Assembly: GCF_964204645.1 (NCBI RefSeq)
Contig: NC_134032.1
Location: 15,364,275 to 15,428,274 of the forward strand
Source of the DNA: Tubulanus polymorphus
Lineage: Eukaryota; Animalia; Nemertea
DNA: 64,000 nucleotides
Direction: 5' to 3'
A model generated the notes under the pieces. The model ran no database searches. It saw nothing but the letters and a program-made list of their open reading frames with translations, and had not been told where the DNA came from. This document shows, piece by piece, positions 13,189 to 27,022 of the stretch. The number at the start of each line of letters is the position of its first letter. Positions within the stretch are counted from its first letter, which is position 1. The position numbers were made by a program, and so were the translations under genes.

Positions 13189-13365
13189 CACACAGAAGGA
13201 GATTTGATGGACGCGTATTGTTGTGGTGTTAATAGCCCAGCTGGGCATGCGCGAGAACTTTCATATCGGATGGTTTTTTCTGGTAGAAATCGATTCAGAA
13301 GTCGATTTAACTCGACTGGAGTTTGTTAGACACGCGACATTGTGTGACTCGACAACGGATAGACA

Positions 13366-13560
<195 letters not shown>

Positions 13561-14904
13561 AGGGGGAGGAGACGGGTTTGACACGAAAGAAGTGAGAAAT
13601 AGGGGACAAGAGGGAATAGTTGGATAGTTGGATCGGATTGAAAGATATGGTTTTAGGAGTTTGATATTGAAAATCGAAGTACAGATTGAGTTTTGGTCGA
13701 ATTTACAGCGCTTTTTGTATAAATCGAAGTTCATATACTTGGAAATAGCGGTTAACAGAAGGCCCTGAACCATCCGTAGAGAGAGGAGGAGATGATATCG
13801 AAAGAGCACCCATCTATCTGATTCTATGATATATTACACACAGTGGTATAATCGATACGGCGGGTTGTGTTATTGATTTTTGTGACTCCTACAACAACAG
13901 ACTTCCGTTTGGTGACATGTGACATTTAACGGTTTTTTTATCGCAGAATTCGATCACCTACAACATGGGCCCTTGTTAGTGCTAGCGAGTCCGAAAAAAA
14001 TACGAAACACGAAGCAATCGCTCCCTCCTAGACTCCCTCCCTACCTACTTACCCCCTACCCCTCCCCACCATCTTTTCCCGCCACCCAACCTCCCTCTCG
14101 ACCTCCCTCTCGACCTTAATCCCTACCTAGCTCCCACCCTTCCTCCCTCACAGTTACACCCCGTCCCAGACATGGCGAAAATTGTCTAAAGCAAAATTGT
14201 TGGAAGCTTTATCATAGTTTGTTTGCCAAACAGTGCTGGGATTGTCATCTAAAATATGCAACAGGAAAATCCACAATCAGGAGAGGTTTTTTCATATAAA
14301 TCACGTATTCTATTTTCATACCATAACCAGTATGGCGTCGGCCACGTGATAAAAGCACATGACCGCTGCAATATCGATTTGAAACGATTTCATTATCTAC
14401 TTGTGTTACAACTGTTTATCGCAGATATTTGAAAGTAGCCGTCAACAGTTAAGACGGTTAAGTGCCAATCAATGTCCGACGTTTTAAGTGTTTTACTATC
14501 CTGTATCTGAGGTCTCTTTGTCAACTTTCGTTGAACCCTCGCGTGTCGGGGTAAGATTCTCGCGATCACGATGCTTTCGTTGATTACTATATATGCCATT
14601 GGTTGTAAAGATAAGACTGACAACAAGTAGACAACAGTCGGCTGATGTTTCAAAAATTCCCAAAGTTCGTGTCCATAATTGAGATTTGTTTTTGATACGA
14701 TATGAACTTTTAAATGTAACGGTTATCTAACGGTTATAGTTATACGTTCGGCGTCTTCCCAGGCGACCAGCAGTTTTCACAAAACCCGTCAGGTTTTTGG
14801 ATGTAAATCGATGTTGATGGCTTCATATTATGTGAACGAATGGTTGCCAATTGGGGTAAGTTCTGATTACCAAACGGATGGGCTCAGTGATTGGACTTAA
14901 GTCC

Positions 14905-15170
14905 ATCTTACATTGCTAGATCGGCTTTAGAACTAGAAGTAGGCCGAGGACTTAGACTGGTATTAAGTTGTTAGATTGGCTATAGAACTAAAATGAGTTT
15001 AGACTGGTCTTAAGTTGTTAGATTGGCTATAGAACCACAATGAGTTTAGACTGGTCTTAAGTTGTTAGATTGGCTATAGAACCACAATGAGTTTAGACTG
15101 GTCTTAAGTTGTTAGATTGGCTATAGAACCAAAATGAGCTTAGACTGGTCTTAAGTTGTTACTGGTCTTA
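14905..15170 (+). repeat. 47-bp minisatellite, about 5 units
   Basis: Same unit as 12660-13188. Confidence 0.9.
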
Positions 15171-16461
15171 CGTTGAAACCGCGTAGAGTAATATTGTGAT
15201 ATGACATCCATTTCTACGTGCGTTTCATGTTGAGTCAAATTTTTTCCAACAGTAGTTTGTGTGCAGAACTAGCTATTATTCCATAATGCGGAATTCAAGC
15301 TCTATAGTCATCGATAAGCAGTAAACCTGCTAACGCGGGGGCAGCAATAAAATATTGTTTACAATAATTACCTTTACACAGTTTAAACCACAATATAATA
15401 TCATTAAATGGTCCTCATGACTATTACGTATGACTGATGTGGAGCAATATAGCTTTTGTTTTTATACCACGGTCCCTGGAGTATTGTTGCGTGGGTCTAG
15501 TAAGAGAATCCAACAATAATTACGAAAAATAATGGTAAAATAAATGAATAAAAAAGAGAAAAATAATAACAAATATAGCTGCAAAGCAGCGATAACGGGT
15601 TTTCTGCACAGCTTTTCACCGTGCTATTAAAAGAGAAGGGAATTCGTTTTTGCTTCAATGGCTGTATTTAGGCTAGGAGGATGACATCTCAAATGTTATG
15701 TTTGGCTTATTGAACCTTTGTCTTGCCCACATAGCGTGAGATGGATATTGCAGATACCCTACATCGTGTTTTGTTTGTTGATACGGTCTAAGCTGCCCAC
15801 ATGACGGGCGAGTGGATATGACAGATTCCTTACAGTAGGTCGTCTGTTCATCTGAGCTGATGTAGGAAGTAGTTTCATGTATTAATCTGCAGTCGCATGA
15901 GAATGGAGTAACTCTACGTTTTGGCCACATGACCGGGGTGGATATGACAGATTCCTTAACAGTATATCGTCTGCACGAGTTCAGTTGATTTATGTATAGA
16001 CGTATTTATCAGCAGTCGATATCAGGTTACAACAACGAGCCGTCTGTCACTGTTAGTTACATAAATACACAGTTATATATTACCGGATAATCCTCTCATA
16101 CATTACTCACATTATAACTAAATCCTTATCTCATAACCAGACGATAGTCCTCTAATACCGAACCAGTACCAAATCAGGCCCCGATCCACAGAAAACCAGG
16201 GTCCGGAAGATAGGAAAAGGCATTGTTCAAATTAAAACAACCATTTCGCATAAGCGAGCATTATCGGGGTGCCTACCTCGGTTTCAGCAATCTGCAACGA
16301 CGTCACACGTGTTTTTCACAGAGACGCGTCATATTGGACGTCAGTTGGCCGTCACATTGTGATTAACTTCAGTCTGCGGTTTACACCGAAAATATAAATA
16401 TCAATGACGTCACACGAGGTGATTATAGGCGTCGTATTTATATTACAGGTCGAAGGCTGAC

Positions 16462-16632
16462 TTCAGCGCACCTAGCGGATCCTCGATCGCCATAGTGGGT
16501 GTTTCATTCTGAAAAACGTGGAATGCTTAGTTAACACTAGCGCCACTTAGCCATAGTAACTGCTGTAATTTTTTCATTCAGCGCCGCCTAGCGAAATTTT
16601 TGAAATTTTTCAATCAACGCCGCCTAGCGGTT
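16462..16632 (-). promoter_or_regulatory. Cluster of CTCF-like motifs, reverse orientation
   Basis: gcgcacctagcggatcctcgatcgccatagt, ctagcgccacttagcc, agcgccgcctagcg and acgccgcctagcgg are reverse complements of the 2.5-kb motif. Confidence 0.45.
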
Positions 16633-17130
16633 TTTCTGAAGTTTTGCATTCAGCGTCGCGCACGAAACTAATCCATTTTTTTCTATCCATTTCTGACCAG
16701 TTGTTACAACAAAACATATATTTCACGCTAAATCCAATCGAATAACGTATACGTTGAAACCTAAAACGCTGCGTAATAACGTTTGTCACCGAGCGTTAAC
16801 GTCAACGTCAACATTTTTTGTACAAGGAAACGTAATTATCGTTAAAAGCAGCGTACGAACGAACGAAAGAACGCTTACGTTACGTTTGTTACGTTACGTC
16901 CAACGCTGCTGTTAATTAATACGGCGGAAAAATACTAATAACATTATCGCGTATGAATAACGTTTTATCGGAATTAATAAATATCGATTTTTCTCCATCT
17001 ACGTCGCTTGTCTCGACGACTTTAATTCGGGTTCGTTTCTTTTCATCCGCTGCTCACTTTTTTTGCTGTAATTAATTTCTAGAACGTCGTTTTCAAAAGC
17101 TATTGTAATTGGAGGGAAAGTGACGATCCT

Positions 17131-17221
17131 GGGGCCGGTTGCTCAAAGGTTGGTTAGAGTTATCCAGTGGATAGTTCATTATGGTGACAATATCTTTAAC
17201 CAACCTTTGACCAACTGGCCC
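17131..17221. mobile_element. MITE family A, internally deleted copy
   Basis: ggggccggttgctcaaaggttggtta ... taaccaacctttgaccaactggccc. Confidence 0.7.
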
Positions 17222-17956
17222 AGATATTGAAGCCTTTAAATTCCCTTCAATCTTACTTTAACCAACTTTTGAGTGTTTGTTGCTGTGTGGTTTAATGGCT
17301 GTTCCGAGTTTTTTTTCTCTTCAACTTAACTTTCACCAACTTTTGAGTAAACATTGTTTCCGCGCCATCACGTGTTTGTGTATAGGAAAATTGCAGAAAC
17401 ATTTTTGTATCGTAAATAAAAATATTTTGCTACTGTTCGCTCCGTGTCCTCGTTTGACTAATCAAACACTCTATATCTGTATTTATACACAGACAGCATA
17501 GAAAGTATTGCTGCTGTTTTTACCAGAAAATTCAGGTCAATTAGGCCAATTATTCTGTCCTCGATCAACGAGTCAGATGATAATTGCGTTAATTGGTTCT
17601 TCGGGCAAAACCACGCGACAGCCGTTCGCTAGTTATAGTGATGCTATTTCTGGAGCTTTATTCCAAAAAATTCCGGCGAATATTAAATTAAACTTCACTG
17701 TCATTGATGGTGGCTGATTCGAGACATATCAGCTTTTATTTTTCAAAATCCGACCCCGCGAAAACAAATTATTTGTTTTTTGTTAGAATTTGTTTCTGCT
17801 TGTCCGCTCTGGTGTATGACAAAATGAAGTTTTTAATACGCAGAAGAGTTTCAATGCCCTCTAGCGGTGGTCTTGGAACGACCGACCCGTGTATGCCAGT
17901 AGCTCCCCCTCGAAGCTTCCCGTCAAAAATTCGGTTTTTATCTGGTGGTTTATCAT

Positions 17957-19072
17957 TCATTTCCGAGCGCAACAAGGTTTACATTTCTGCGTCATCAGTT
18001 GAACAACAGCGACTCTGAATTTACTGTTAGACAAACAATAGACTAAAAAGTTCATACATGAATCAACTACGGTTAAACCGATAGCTAGTTTTCGCAGAAC
18101 CATCAGCGAATCCAATCGGTTTAAATTACCTATAAGAGTGGGTGGGATACCCGGAAAACCCGCATACTGAAATTTTTCCAAAAATATCAATGTTTCGCAC
18201 CCGACAAAAACAGCAACAAGAGCAAACGACATTCTCAACGCGCGTAACTCTAACGTGTTGGAAGTTTGATTCTTTATTGCTGAACGACTTTTACCAATTC
18301 CTGAAAATCTGATCACAATCAAAGCCAAAATTAAAATGACGTTTAAAGTGAGAATTGCGATCATAGGAGTAATGATACTCGATGTAGTGCCCTCCCAGTT
18401 TGATACCAAACGCATCCATTCGCGGAGAAGAGGAGAGAAGTAGGCAAAATCCCCGCGTTGCCAAATAGTAGTATGTCTATGAAAACAACGCATAGGTTCA
18501 AGAACTCGATCCGGTAAAAATATTGGAAGGTAAAAACATATACCATAAACATTAATCAGTAATATTATACAATTCACCACTTTTCGTGTCCAGAACAATC
18601 TCGATCTTAACGGCAAGATTGTAATTACAAGTCTTTCTAAACTGATAAGAATTACGCACCAGTTTCTGGTCTGTTGAAACATGTGATACGGTCCTAACGC
18701 AATTCTTATAAATTCCCAGCCAAACAGCCAGTCATCATAACGCAAAATGACATCCCGTAAATGTATATAGAGGTGAATTGTGCGTAGAGGGTACATGATG
18801 AACACACTCGTTGAATAACATATGTCGAAAATAGCGAGAACTTTGAGTAAATAGTAAACATCTTTGTTCATATGTTTCAAGACTAAAATCGTTATAACAT
18901 TCAAAGTGATGCCCAATATAGTGACGGGTCCGTAAAAGAAAATGTACATATAAACGCTGATTTGGTAATCTACACGGATTGGAAGTTCACCCTGAGCAAA
19001 ATCGCAAATATCATGATAAACTCGTTTCGTAGTAGTTGACAGAAGAGTAGAAATGTTTGAATAGCTCATCAT
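17957..19072 (-). CDS. Intronless rhodopsin-class GPCR, FMRFamide/peptide-receptor-like (chemoreceptor-type expansion), copy 1, 371 aa from the first ATG
   Basis: Seven hydrophobic segments; TM1 GITLN, TM2 LAIFD, TM3 ISLERL (ERL for DRY), TM7 DSCMNFLVYCLSNSKFR. N-terminal NIS sequon. First ATG at 19072 (the ORF track starts at an upstream GTG). Confidence 0.92.
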   Translation of the reverse strand: MMSYSNISTLLSTTTKRVYHDICDFAQGELPIRVDYQISVYMYIFFYGPVTILGITLNVITILVLKHMNKDVYYLLKVLAIFDICYSTSVFIMYPLRTIHLYIHLRDVILRYDDWLFGWEFIRIALGPYHMFQQTRNWCVILISLERLVITILPLRSRLFWTRKVVNCIILLINVYGICFYLPIFLPDRVLEPMRCFHRHTTIWQRGDFAYFSPLLREWMRLVSNWEGTTSSIITPMIAILTLNVILILALIVIRFSGIGKSRSAIKNQTSNTLELRALRMSFALVAVFVGCETLIFLEKFQYAGFPGIPPTLIGNLNRLDSLMVLRKLAIGLTVVDSCMNFLVYCLSNSKFRVAVVQLMTQKCKPCCARK

Positions 19073-19509
19073 TCGTCTAACGGCTTCTCTCACGCCCGAT
19101 TCAACTCGACTCTCTGAAATATCAACCGCCTAAACTTCCCGGCGTCAGTACACACCCATTTTCAGTAGCAGGTAGTAATTTGGCAGACGACTGTAAGGTG
19201 CTGGTATATTTCGTCACACCCCGAGGTATAAAGGCCTATTCTAAGTTTAGGTACTCCGCTTGGGGACTGTATTAAATATGAAAGCTCATTATTTTTCAAG
19301 CTATGAATATTTTCTCATTCATATTTTGCTAGTTTCAAATGTGATATTCGTTGCGTTTCGGCCCATGTTGAGATTCGATAATGCTGTTGGTTCTATGTAG
19401 GTTTGGTAAATGTCTTGCAGGGTACATGGAGTGATTCCAGTTTAAATGAAAATAGTAGTACTTTTAGTACGCTAACCACACTTAAACGTGGTGTGAACAG
19501 ATGATAAAA

Positions 19510-19562
19510 TAAAGGTGTACCTGACGATGATCTCCGGTGAGATCGAAACATCGTGTTCTTTA
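19510..19562 (+). ncRNA. Minimal type I hammerhead ribozyme motif (variant stem III) in a Penelope-like repeat
   Basis: taaaggtgtac-CTGACGA-t-gatctc-cggt-gagatc-GAAA-ca-TC-gtgttcttta shows both core boxes, a 6-bp stem II and a flanking stem I. Confidence 0.6.
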
Positions 19563-20393
19563 TATTTTAGATTGTTTCAATAAATAAATTTTCGATTTTA
19601 GAATTCTTTTAATTTTTTAAAAAGTGGGTTTTTATCTTAATACCCTGACTTTTGTATATTTTGTATCGCAGTTTAAAGAGTTCCTTATCTTTGGCAATTC
19701 ACTTAGCCGCTGATACGCGCATGACTCACGAAATGGCTGCTCAGAGATTTTCTCTGTTCAACTTCGCTTTCACCAACTTTTGGGTAAACATTGTTTCCGC
19801 GCCATCACGTGTTTGTGTATAGGAAAATTGCAGAAACATTTTTGTATCGTAAATAAAAATATTTTGCTACTGTTCGCTCCGTGTCCTCGTTTGACTAATC
19901 AAACACTCTATATCTGTATTTATACACAGACAGCATAGAAAGTATTGCTGCTGTTTTTACCAGAAAATTCAGGTCAATTAGGCCAATTATTCTGTCCTCG
20001 ATCAACGAGTCAGATGATAATTGCGTTAATTGGTTCTTCGGGCAAAACCACGCGACAGCCGTTCGCTAGTTATAGTGATGCTATTTCTGGAGCTTTATTC
20101 CAAAAAATTCCGGCGAATATTAAATTAAACTTCACTGTCATTGATGGTGGCTGATTCGAGAAATATCAGCTTTTATTTTTCAAAATCCGACCCCGCGAAA
20201 ACAAATTATTTGTTTTTTGTTAGAATTTGTTTCTGCTTGTCCGCTCTGGTGTATGACAAAATGAAGTTTTTAATACGCAGAAGAGTTTCAATGCCCTCTA
20301 GCGGTGGTCTTGGAACGACCGACCCGTGTATGCCAGTAGCTCCCCCTCGAAGCTTCCCGTCAAAAATTCGGTTTTTATCTGGTGGTTTATCAT

Positions 20394-21509
20394 TCATTTC
20401 CGAGCGCAACAAGGTTTACATTTCTGCGTCATCAGTTGAACAACAGCGACTCTGAATTTACTGTTAGACAAACAATAGACTAAAAAGTTCATACATGAAT
20501 CAACTACGGTTAAACCGATAGCTAGTTTTCGCAGAACCATCAGCGAATCCAATCGGTTTAAATTACCTATAAGAGTGGGTGGGATACCCGGAAAACCCGC
20601 ATACTGAAATTTTTCCAAAAATATCAATGTTTCGCACCCGACAAAAACAGCAACAAGAGCAAACGACATTCTCAACGCGCGTAACTCTAACGTGTTGGAA
20701 GTTTGATTCTTTATTGCTGAACGACTTTTACCGATTCCTGAAAATCTGATCACAATCAAAGCCAAAATCAAAATGACGTTTAAAGTGAGAATTGCGATCA
20801 TAGGAGTAATGATACTCGATGTAGTGCCCTGCCATTCTCCTGCAAAACCCTTCCATTGACGTAGAAGAAGAGAGAAGTAGGCAAAATCCCCGCGTTGCCA
20901 AAGAGTAGTATGTCTATGAAAACAACGCATAGGTTCAAGAACTCGATCCGGCAAAAACATTGGAAGGTAAAAACATATACCATAAATATTAATCAATATT
21001 ATTATACAATTCACTACTTTTCGTGTCCAGAACAATCTCGATCTTAACGGCAAAATTGTTATAACGAGTCTTTCTAAACTGATAAGAATTACGCACCAGT
21101 TTCTGGTCTGTTGAAACATATGATACGGTCCTAACGCGACAATTATAAATTCCCAGCCAAACATCCAATCATCCCTACGCAAAACGGTATCCCCTAAATG
21201 TACATAGATGTGAATTGCGCGTAGAGGGTACATGACGAACACACTCGATGAATAACATATGTCGAAAATAGCGAGAACTTTGAGTAAATAATAAACATCT
21301 TTGTTCATCTTTTTCAAGACTAAAATCGTTATGACATTCAAAGTGATGCCCAATATAGTGACGGGCCCGTAAAAGAAAATGTACATATAAACGCTGATTT
21401 GGTATTCCACGCGAATCGGAAGTTCAGCCTTGGCCCAATCGCAAAGTCCATGATAATATCGTTTCGTAGTAGTTGACAGAACAGTAGTAATGTTTGAATA
21501 GCTCATCAT
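20394..21509 (-). CDS. Intronless rhodopsin-class GPCR, copy 2, 371 aa
   Basis: Same motifs as copy 1. The region from TM5 to the C-terminus is identical in protein sequence to copy 1. Confidence 0.92.
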   Translation of the reverse strand: MMSYSNITTVLSTTTKRYYHGLCDWAKAELPIRVEYQISVYMYIFFYGPVTILGITLNVITILVLKKMNKDVYYLLKVLAIFDICYSSSVFVMYPLRAIHIYVHLGDTVLRRDDWMFGWEFIIVALGPYHMFQQTRNWCVILISLERLVITILPLRSRLFWTRKVVNCIIILINIYGICFYLPMFLPDRVLEPMRCFHRHTTLWQRGDFAYFSLLLRQWKGFAGEWQGTTSSIITPMIAILTLNVILILALIVIRFSGIGKSRSAIKNQTSNTLELRALRMSFALVAVFVGCETLIFLEKFQYAGFPGIPPTLIGNLNRLDSLMVLRKLAIGLTVVDSCMNFLVYCLSNSKFRVAVVQLMTQKCKPCCARK

Positions 21510-22207
21510 TCGTCTAGCGGCTTCTCTCACGCCCGTTTCAACTCGACTCTCTGAAATATCAACCACCTAAACTTCCCGGCGTCAGTACACACCCATTTTC
21601 AGTAGCAGGTAGTAATTTGGCAGACGACTGTAAGGCGCTGGTATATTTCGTCACACCCTGAGGTATAAAGGTTCACCGCTCGGGAACTGTATCTGAAAGC
21701 TCGCTATTTCGGTATTTTTAAAACTTTGTATGAATATTTTCTATTTCAGCTTTAGCTAGTTTCAACTCTTGGTTTATAGGATGGTCTATATGTTGAATCC
21801 CATAAGTCCGTATATTATGTTAAATAGTGAATCCAGTTCAAAAAGAATGACGATTATATTTTGTTAATTACACATTTAGTGATCTGATTAAATCATTTCA
21901 TTCCACGTCTTTTTTCACGATTCAAAACGCTTATCATTTCGTTAAAAAAACGCTATGACGATTTTTTATATTTTGAAAGTAGTAAAGTTTCCTATCATTG
22001 GTGTAGTTACTGCGATTTTGTATAATTCCCGAAAACCGTTAAGTATTTTCGATTGAAATGGACTCAGTTTAGGCGCATGCTGCTTCCAGTTCAAAACGAA
22101 AGCATATCCGATATTTTCTGAATTAAGATTTTGCGATATGACTTAATCCCCTAATTGCGATTCAAAACAACTCAAACAACTATATTTCATGAAAGTAGAA
22201 ACTTGTT

Positions 22208-22875
<668 letters not shown>

Positions 22876-23429
22876 TTAAATTTGTAAATTTTGAAACGCA
22901 GTGTAAAGAGTTTCTTAATTTACTTCTGATTCTGAAACGTTAGGTATTCGAGAAATACGTCATCGACGACGAAAAAAATTGAAAGAGGCTTTGAAAGTTT
23001 TGAAAGTAGCCGTTAGAATTTTAAAATCGAGAATTTATTTTATCAAAAAAGACTTACGTCATTTCGATCTCGACCGTTCGCTAGATAGAGAGAGATGATA
23101 TATCTGTAACTATATTCCAAAAATAACGGTGAAAATTAGACTAATCTTCACTCTCATTGATGGTAGCTGATTCGAGGCATATCAGCTTTTTATTTTTCAT
23201 CGTCCACGAAAACAAATTTTACCGCGCAAAAACGAATTATTGGTTTTTGCGCGGTAAAATTTGTTTTTTTTCTTGTACGTTCTGGTGTATGACGAAACGA
23301 AGTTTTTATTACGCAGAAGAGTTTCAATGCCCTCTAGCGGTGCTCTTGGAACGACCGACCCGTGTATGCCAGTAGCTCCCCCTCGAAGCTTCCCGTCAAA
23401 AACTCGGTTTTTATCTGGTGGTTTATCAT

Positions 23430-24545
23430 TCATTTCCGAACGCGACAAGGTTTACATTTCTGCGTCCCTACTTGAACAACAGCGACTCTGAATTTACTGT
23501 TAGACAAACAATAGACTAAAAAGTTCATACATGAATCTACCACAGTTAAACCGATAGCTAGTTTTCGCTGAAACATAAGCGTGTCAAAAGCATTGAAATT
23601 ACCTAAAAATACTATTCGGATACCCGGAAAACCCGCATACTGAAATTTCTCCAAAAATATCAACGATTCGAACGTGATGAAAACAGCAACAAGAGCAAAC
23701 GACATTCTCAACGCGCGTAACTCTAACGTGTTGGAAGTTTGATTCTTTATTGCTGAACGACTTTTACCAATTCGTGAAAATCTGATCACAATCAAAGCCA
23801 AAATTAAAATGACGTTTAAAGTGATTAGGGCACACATAGGAGCGATGATACTCGATACAGTTCCCTGCCAGTTTTCTGCAAAAACCTTCCATCGATCGAG
23901 AAGAGGGTAGTAGTATCCAAAATGCCGGCCTCGCCAAAAGGTAGAATGTCTGTCAAAACAACGCAAAGGGTCAAGAGCTCGTTGCGGCAAAAACAATGGC
24001 AGGTAAAAACATATACCATAAATATTTATCAGTATTATGATACAATTCACCAATTTTCGTGTCCAGACCAATCTCGATTTTAACGGCAATATTGTAATAA
24101 CGAGTCTTTCTAAACTGATAAGAATAACGCACCAGTTTCTGGTCTGTTGAAACATATGATACGGTCCTAACGCAACTTGTATAAATTCCCAGCCAAACAT
24201 CCAGTCATCTATACGCAAAATTGTATCCCCTAAATGTATATAGAGGTGAATTGCGCGTAGAGGGTACATGACGAACACACTCGATGAATAACATATGTCG
24301 AAAATAGCGAGAACTTTGAGTAAATAGTAAACATCTTTGTTCATATGTTTCAAGACTAAAATCGTTATGACATTCAAAGTGATGCCCAATATAGTGACGG
24401 GTCCGAAAAAGAAAATGTACATATAAACGCTGATTTGGTAATCTACACGGATATGCATTTCACCCTGAGCCCAATCGCAAAATCCATGATAAACTCGTTT
24501 CGTAGTAGTTGACAGAACAGTAGTAATGTTTGAATAGCTCATCAT
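23430..24545 (-). CDS. Intronless rhodopsin-class GPCR, copy 3, 371 aa
   Basis: Same length and motifs as copies 1 and 2. Diverged in ECL2 and ECL3. Confidence 0.92.
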   Translation of the reverse strand: MMSYSNITTVLSTTTKRVYHGFCDWAQGEMHIRVDYQISVYMYIFFFGPVTILGITLNVITILVLKHMNKDVYYLLKVLAIFDICYSSSVFVMYPLRAIHLYIHLGDTILRIDDWMFGWEFIQVALGPYHMFQQTRNWCVILISLERLVITILPLKSRLVWTRKLVNCIIILINIYGICFYLPLFLPQRALDPLRCFDRHSTFWRGRHFGYYYPLLDRWKVFAENWQGTVSSIIAPMCALITLNVILILALIVIRFSRIGKSRSAIKNQTSNTLELRALRMSFALVAVFITFESLIFLEKFQYAGFPGIRIVFLGNFNAFDTLMFQRKLAIGLTVVDSCMNFLVYCLSNSKFRVAVVQVGTQKCKPCRVRK

Positions 24546-25061
24546 TCGTCTAGCGGCTTCTCTCACGCCCAACTCAACTCGACTCTCTGAAATATCAACC
24601 ACCTAAACTTCCCGGCGTCAGTACACACCCATTTTCAGTAGCAGGTAGTAATTTGGCAGACGACTGTAAGGCGCTGGTATATTTCGTCACACCCCGAGGT
24701 ATAAAGGCCTATTCTATAGTTATGGAGCTCCACTCGAGAACTGTATGGAATATGAAAGCTCATTATTTTTAAAACTATACATGAATATTTTCTCATTCAT
24801 ATTTTGCTAGTTTCAAATGTGATATTCGTTGCGTTTCGGCCCATGTTGAGATTCGATAATGCTGTTGGTTCTATGTAGGTTTGGTAAATGTCTTGCAGGG
24901 TACATGGAGTGATTCCAGTTTAAAACGAGAAACTGTATATTTTCTTAATATAGATTAGTGATCTGAGTAAATTCTCTTATTGAGTACCTTTGGTCACATG
25001 AAAATAGTAGTACTTTTAGTACGCTAACCACACTCAAACGTGGTGTGAACAGATGATAAAA

Positions 25062-25114
25062 TAAAGGTGTACCTGACGATGATCTCCGGTGAGATCGAAA
25101 CGTCGTGTTCTTTA
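25062..25114 (+). ncRNA. Minimal type I hammerhead ribozyme motif in a Penelope-like repeat
   Basis: taaaggtgtac-CTGACGA-t-gatctc-cggt-gagatc-GAAA-cg-TC^gtgttcttta. The palindromic ACGU stem III is typical of Penelope-element hammerheads. Predicted cleavage is after 25104. Confidence 0.72.
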
Positions 25115-26451
25115 TATTTTAGATTGTTTCAATAAATAAATTTTCGATTTTAGAATTCTTTTAATTTTTTAAAAAGTGGGTTTTTATCTTAATACCCTGA
25201 CTTTTGTATATTTTGTATCGCAGTGTAAAGAGTTCCTTATCTTTGGCAATTCACTTAGCCGCTGATACGCGCATGACTCACGAAAACCGTTAAGAATTTG
25301 AATCATACGTCATTGACGAGAAAGCAATAGAAAGAGCCGTTAAACATTTTAGAATTTTGAATGATACTTCACCTTGAGCTGATACAAATTTGAGTAAAAC
25401 ATCACCAAGAAAGTAAGAAAATGAGTTTGAGAAACTTATATACTTTTACAGGGAAAGCATGAAATATAACCGTAAAAAATTGAAATTTGAATATTATTTC
25501 GCGGATCGAAAGCAAAAAAGAGAGCCGCGTCATGTTTGAAAATTTAAAATTTTGAATGAAAAATTAAGAAAGTTAGCGGTTAGAATTTAAAAATTTGAAA
25601 GTCACAGAGAAAGCATGATTGAAATATATCCGTTGAAAATTTGAATTTTATTTCGTAGGGGAAACAAAATTTATCGTCAATTTGAAAATTCGACTGTACG
25701 AAAAAAGCAAGAAATAGAGCTGTTAAAAATTACGAAATTTGAATATAATATACGTCGTCACAGAGAAAACCGTTAGATATGATGATATATTTGCCTAAGC
25801 GACCAGTAGGTCACTAGGATGTCGTTTGGTCGATGACGTGTTCTCTCCGCTTCATCAACTCTGACGCACTGCTCGTCATAAAACGGTGAAGCGCTCGTCG
25901 CTTAGTACGAAACGACGATCCGAAGCGGTGAACATAAAACGCTAACTAGCGAACAGAAACGATGACTAAAATGTTTAAAGTATACACGATGATTTGTTGC
26001 GTCACGTGGGAGGGATGGGGCACCATCATCTAAACTCTGTGACGTCATGTAATTATGAGTAGTCGAACAAAACAGTGACTCAATCGCGACGTTGATCTAT
26101 CGTCTGCTCCTAGAAAATAAATCGTCAACAAATCGTCGTCGGTCGCTGGTGACATTTTTATGTCCAGGAATGCGTGAAGCCGAGAGAACGACACTTCATC
26201 GTCAGCCCTTCACAAATCACTGGCAGGCGAGTGTTCGCAGACGACACCTTTACGACTCGGGTGCGCGTTTTTCGTAGTCCGCGATTCGGATCCGCGAATT
26301 AGTGTGTTAGTTTTTGAATCAATAACGAATGAAGGAATTATATGACTTGAATGACTCGGTACTTTATGAGTCCTTTTGTAATCAGTAGGATCCATTGCCT
26401 GGAGTTGAAAAAAAATCTCTATCAATTCAAATAATACATTATATACAAAAT

Positions 26452-27022
26452 GATGATTTACAGACAAAACATTATGATATTTTATAGAAAAAAATATTAT
26501 GATATTTTATAGACAAAATATGATGATATTTTATAGAAAAAAATATGATGATATTTTATAGACAAAATATGATGATATTTTATAGACAAAATATTATGAT
26601 ATTTTATAGAAAAAAAATATTATGATATTTCATAGACAAACTGTTATGATATTTTATAGACAAAATATGATGATATTTCATAGACAAACTGTTATGATAT
26701 TTTTAGACAAAATATGATGATATTTTTTAGACAAAATATTATGATATTTTATAGACAAAATATTATGATATTCTATAGACAAAATATTATGATATTTTAT
26801 AGACAAAATAATATGATATTTTATAGACAAAATATTATGATATTTTATAGAAAAATATTATGATATTCTATAGACAAAATATTATGATATTTTATAGACA
26901 AAATAATATGATATTTTATAGACAAAATATTATGATATTTTATAGAAAAATATTATGATATTTTATACACAAACTGTTATGATACATTATAGACAAAATA
27001 CAATCATGTTTTAGACAAAATG
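26452..27022. repeat. 22-25-bp AT-rich minisatellite
   Basis: Unit atattatgatattttatagacaaa, about 23 copies. Confidence 0.93.

Noticed and set aside
17508-18018. Plus-strand ORFs of 69 and 104 aa repeated beside each GPCR
   Set aside because: They have non-ATG starts, recur only because the DNA is duplicated, and are broken in copy 3.
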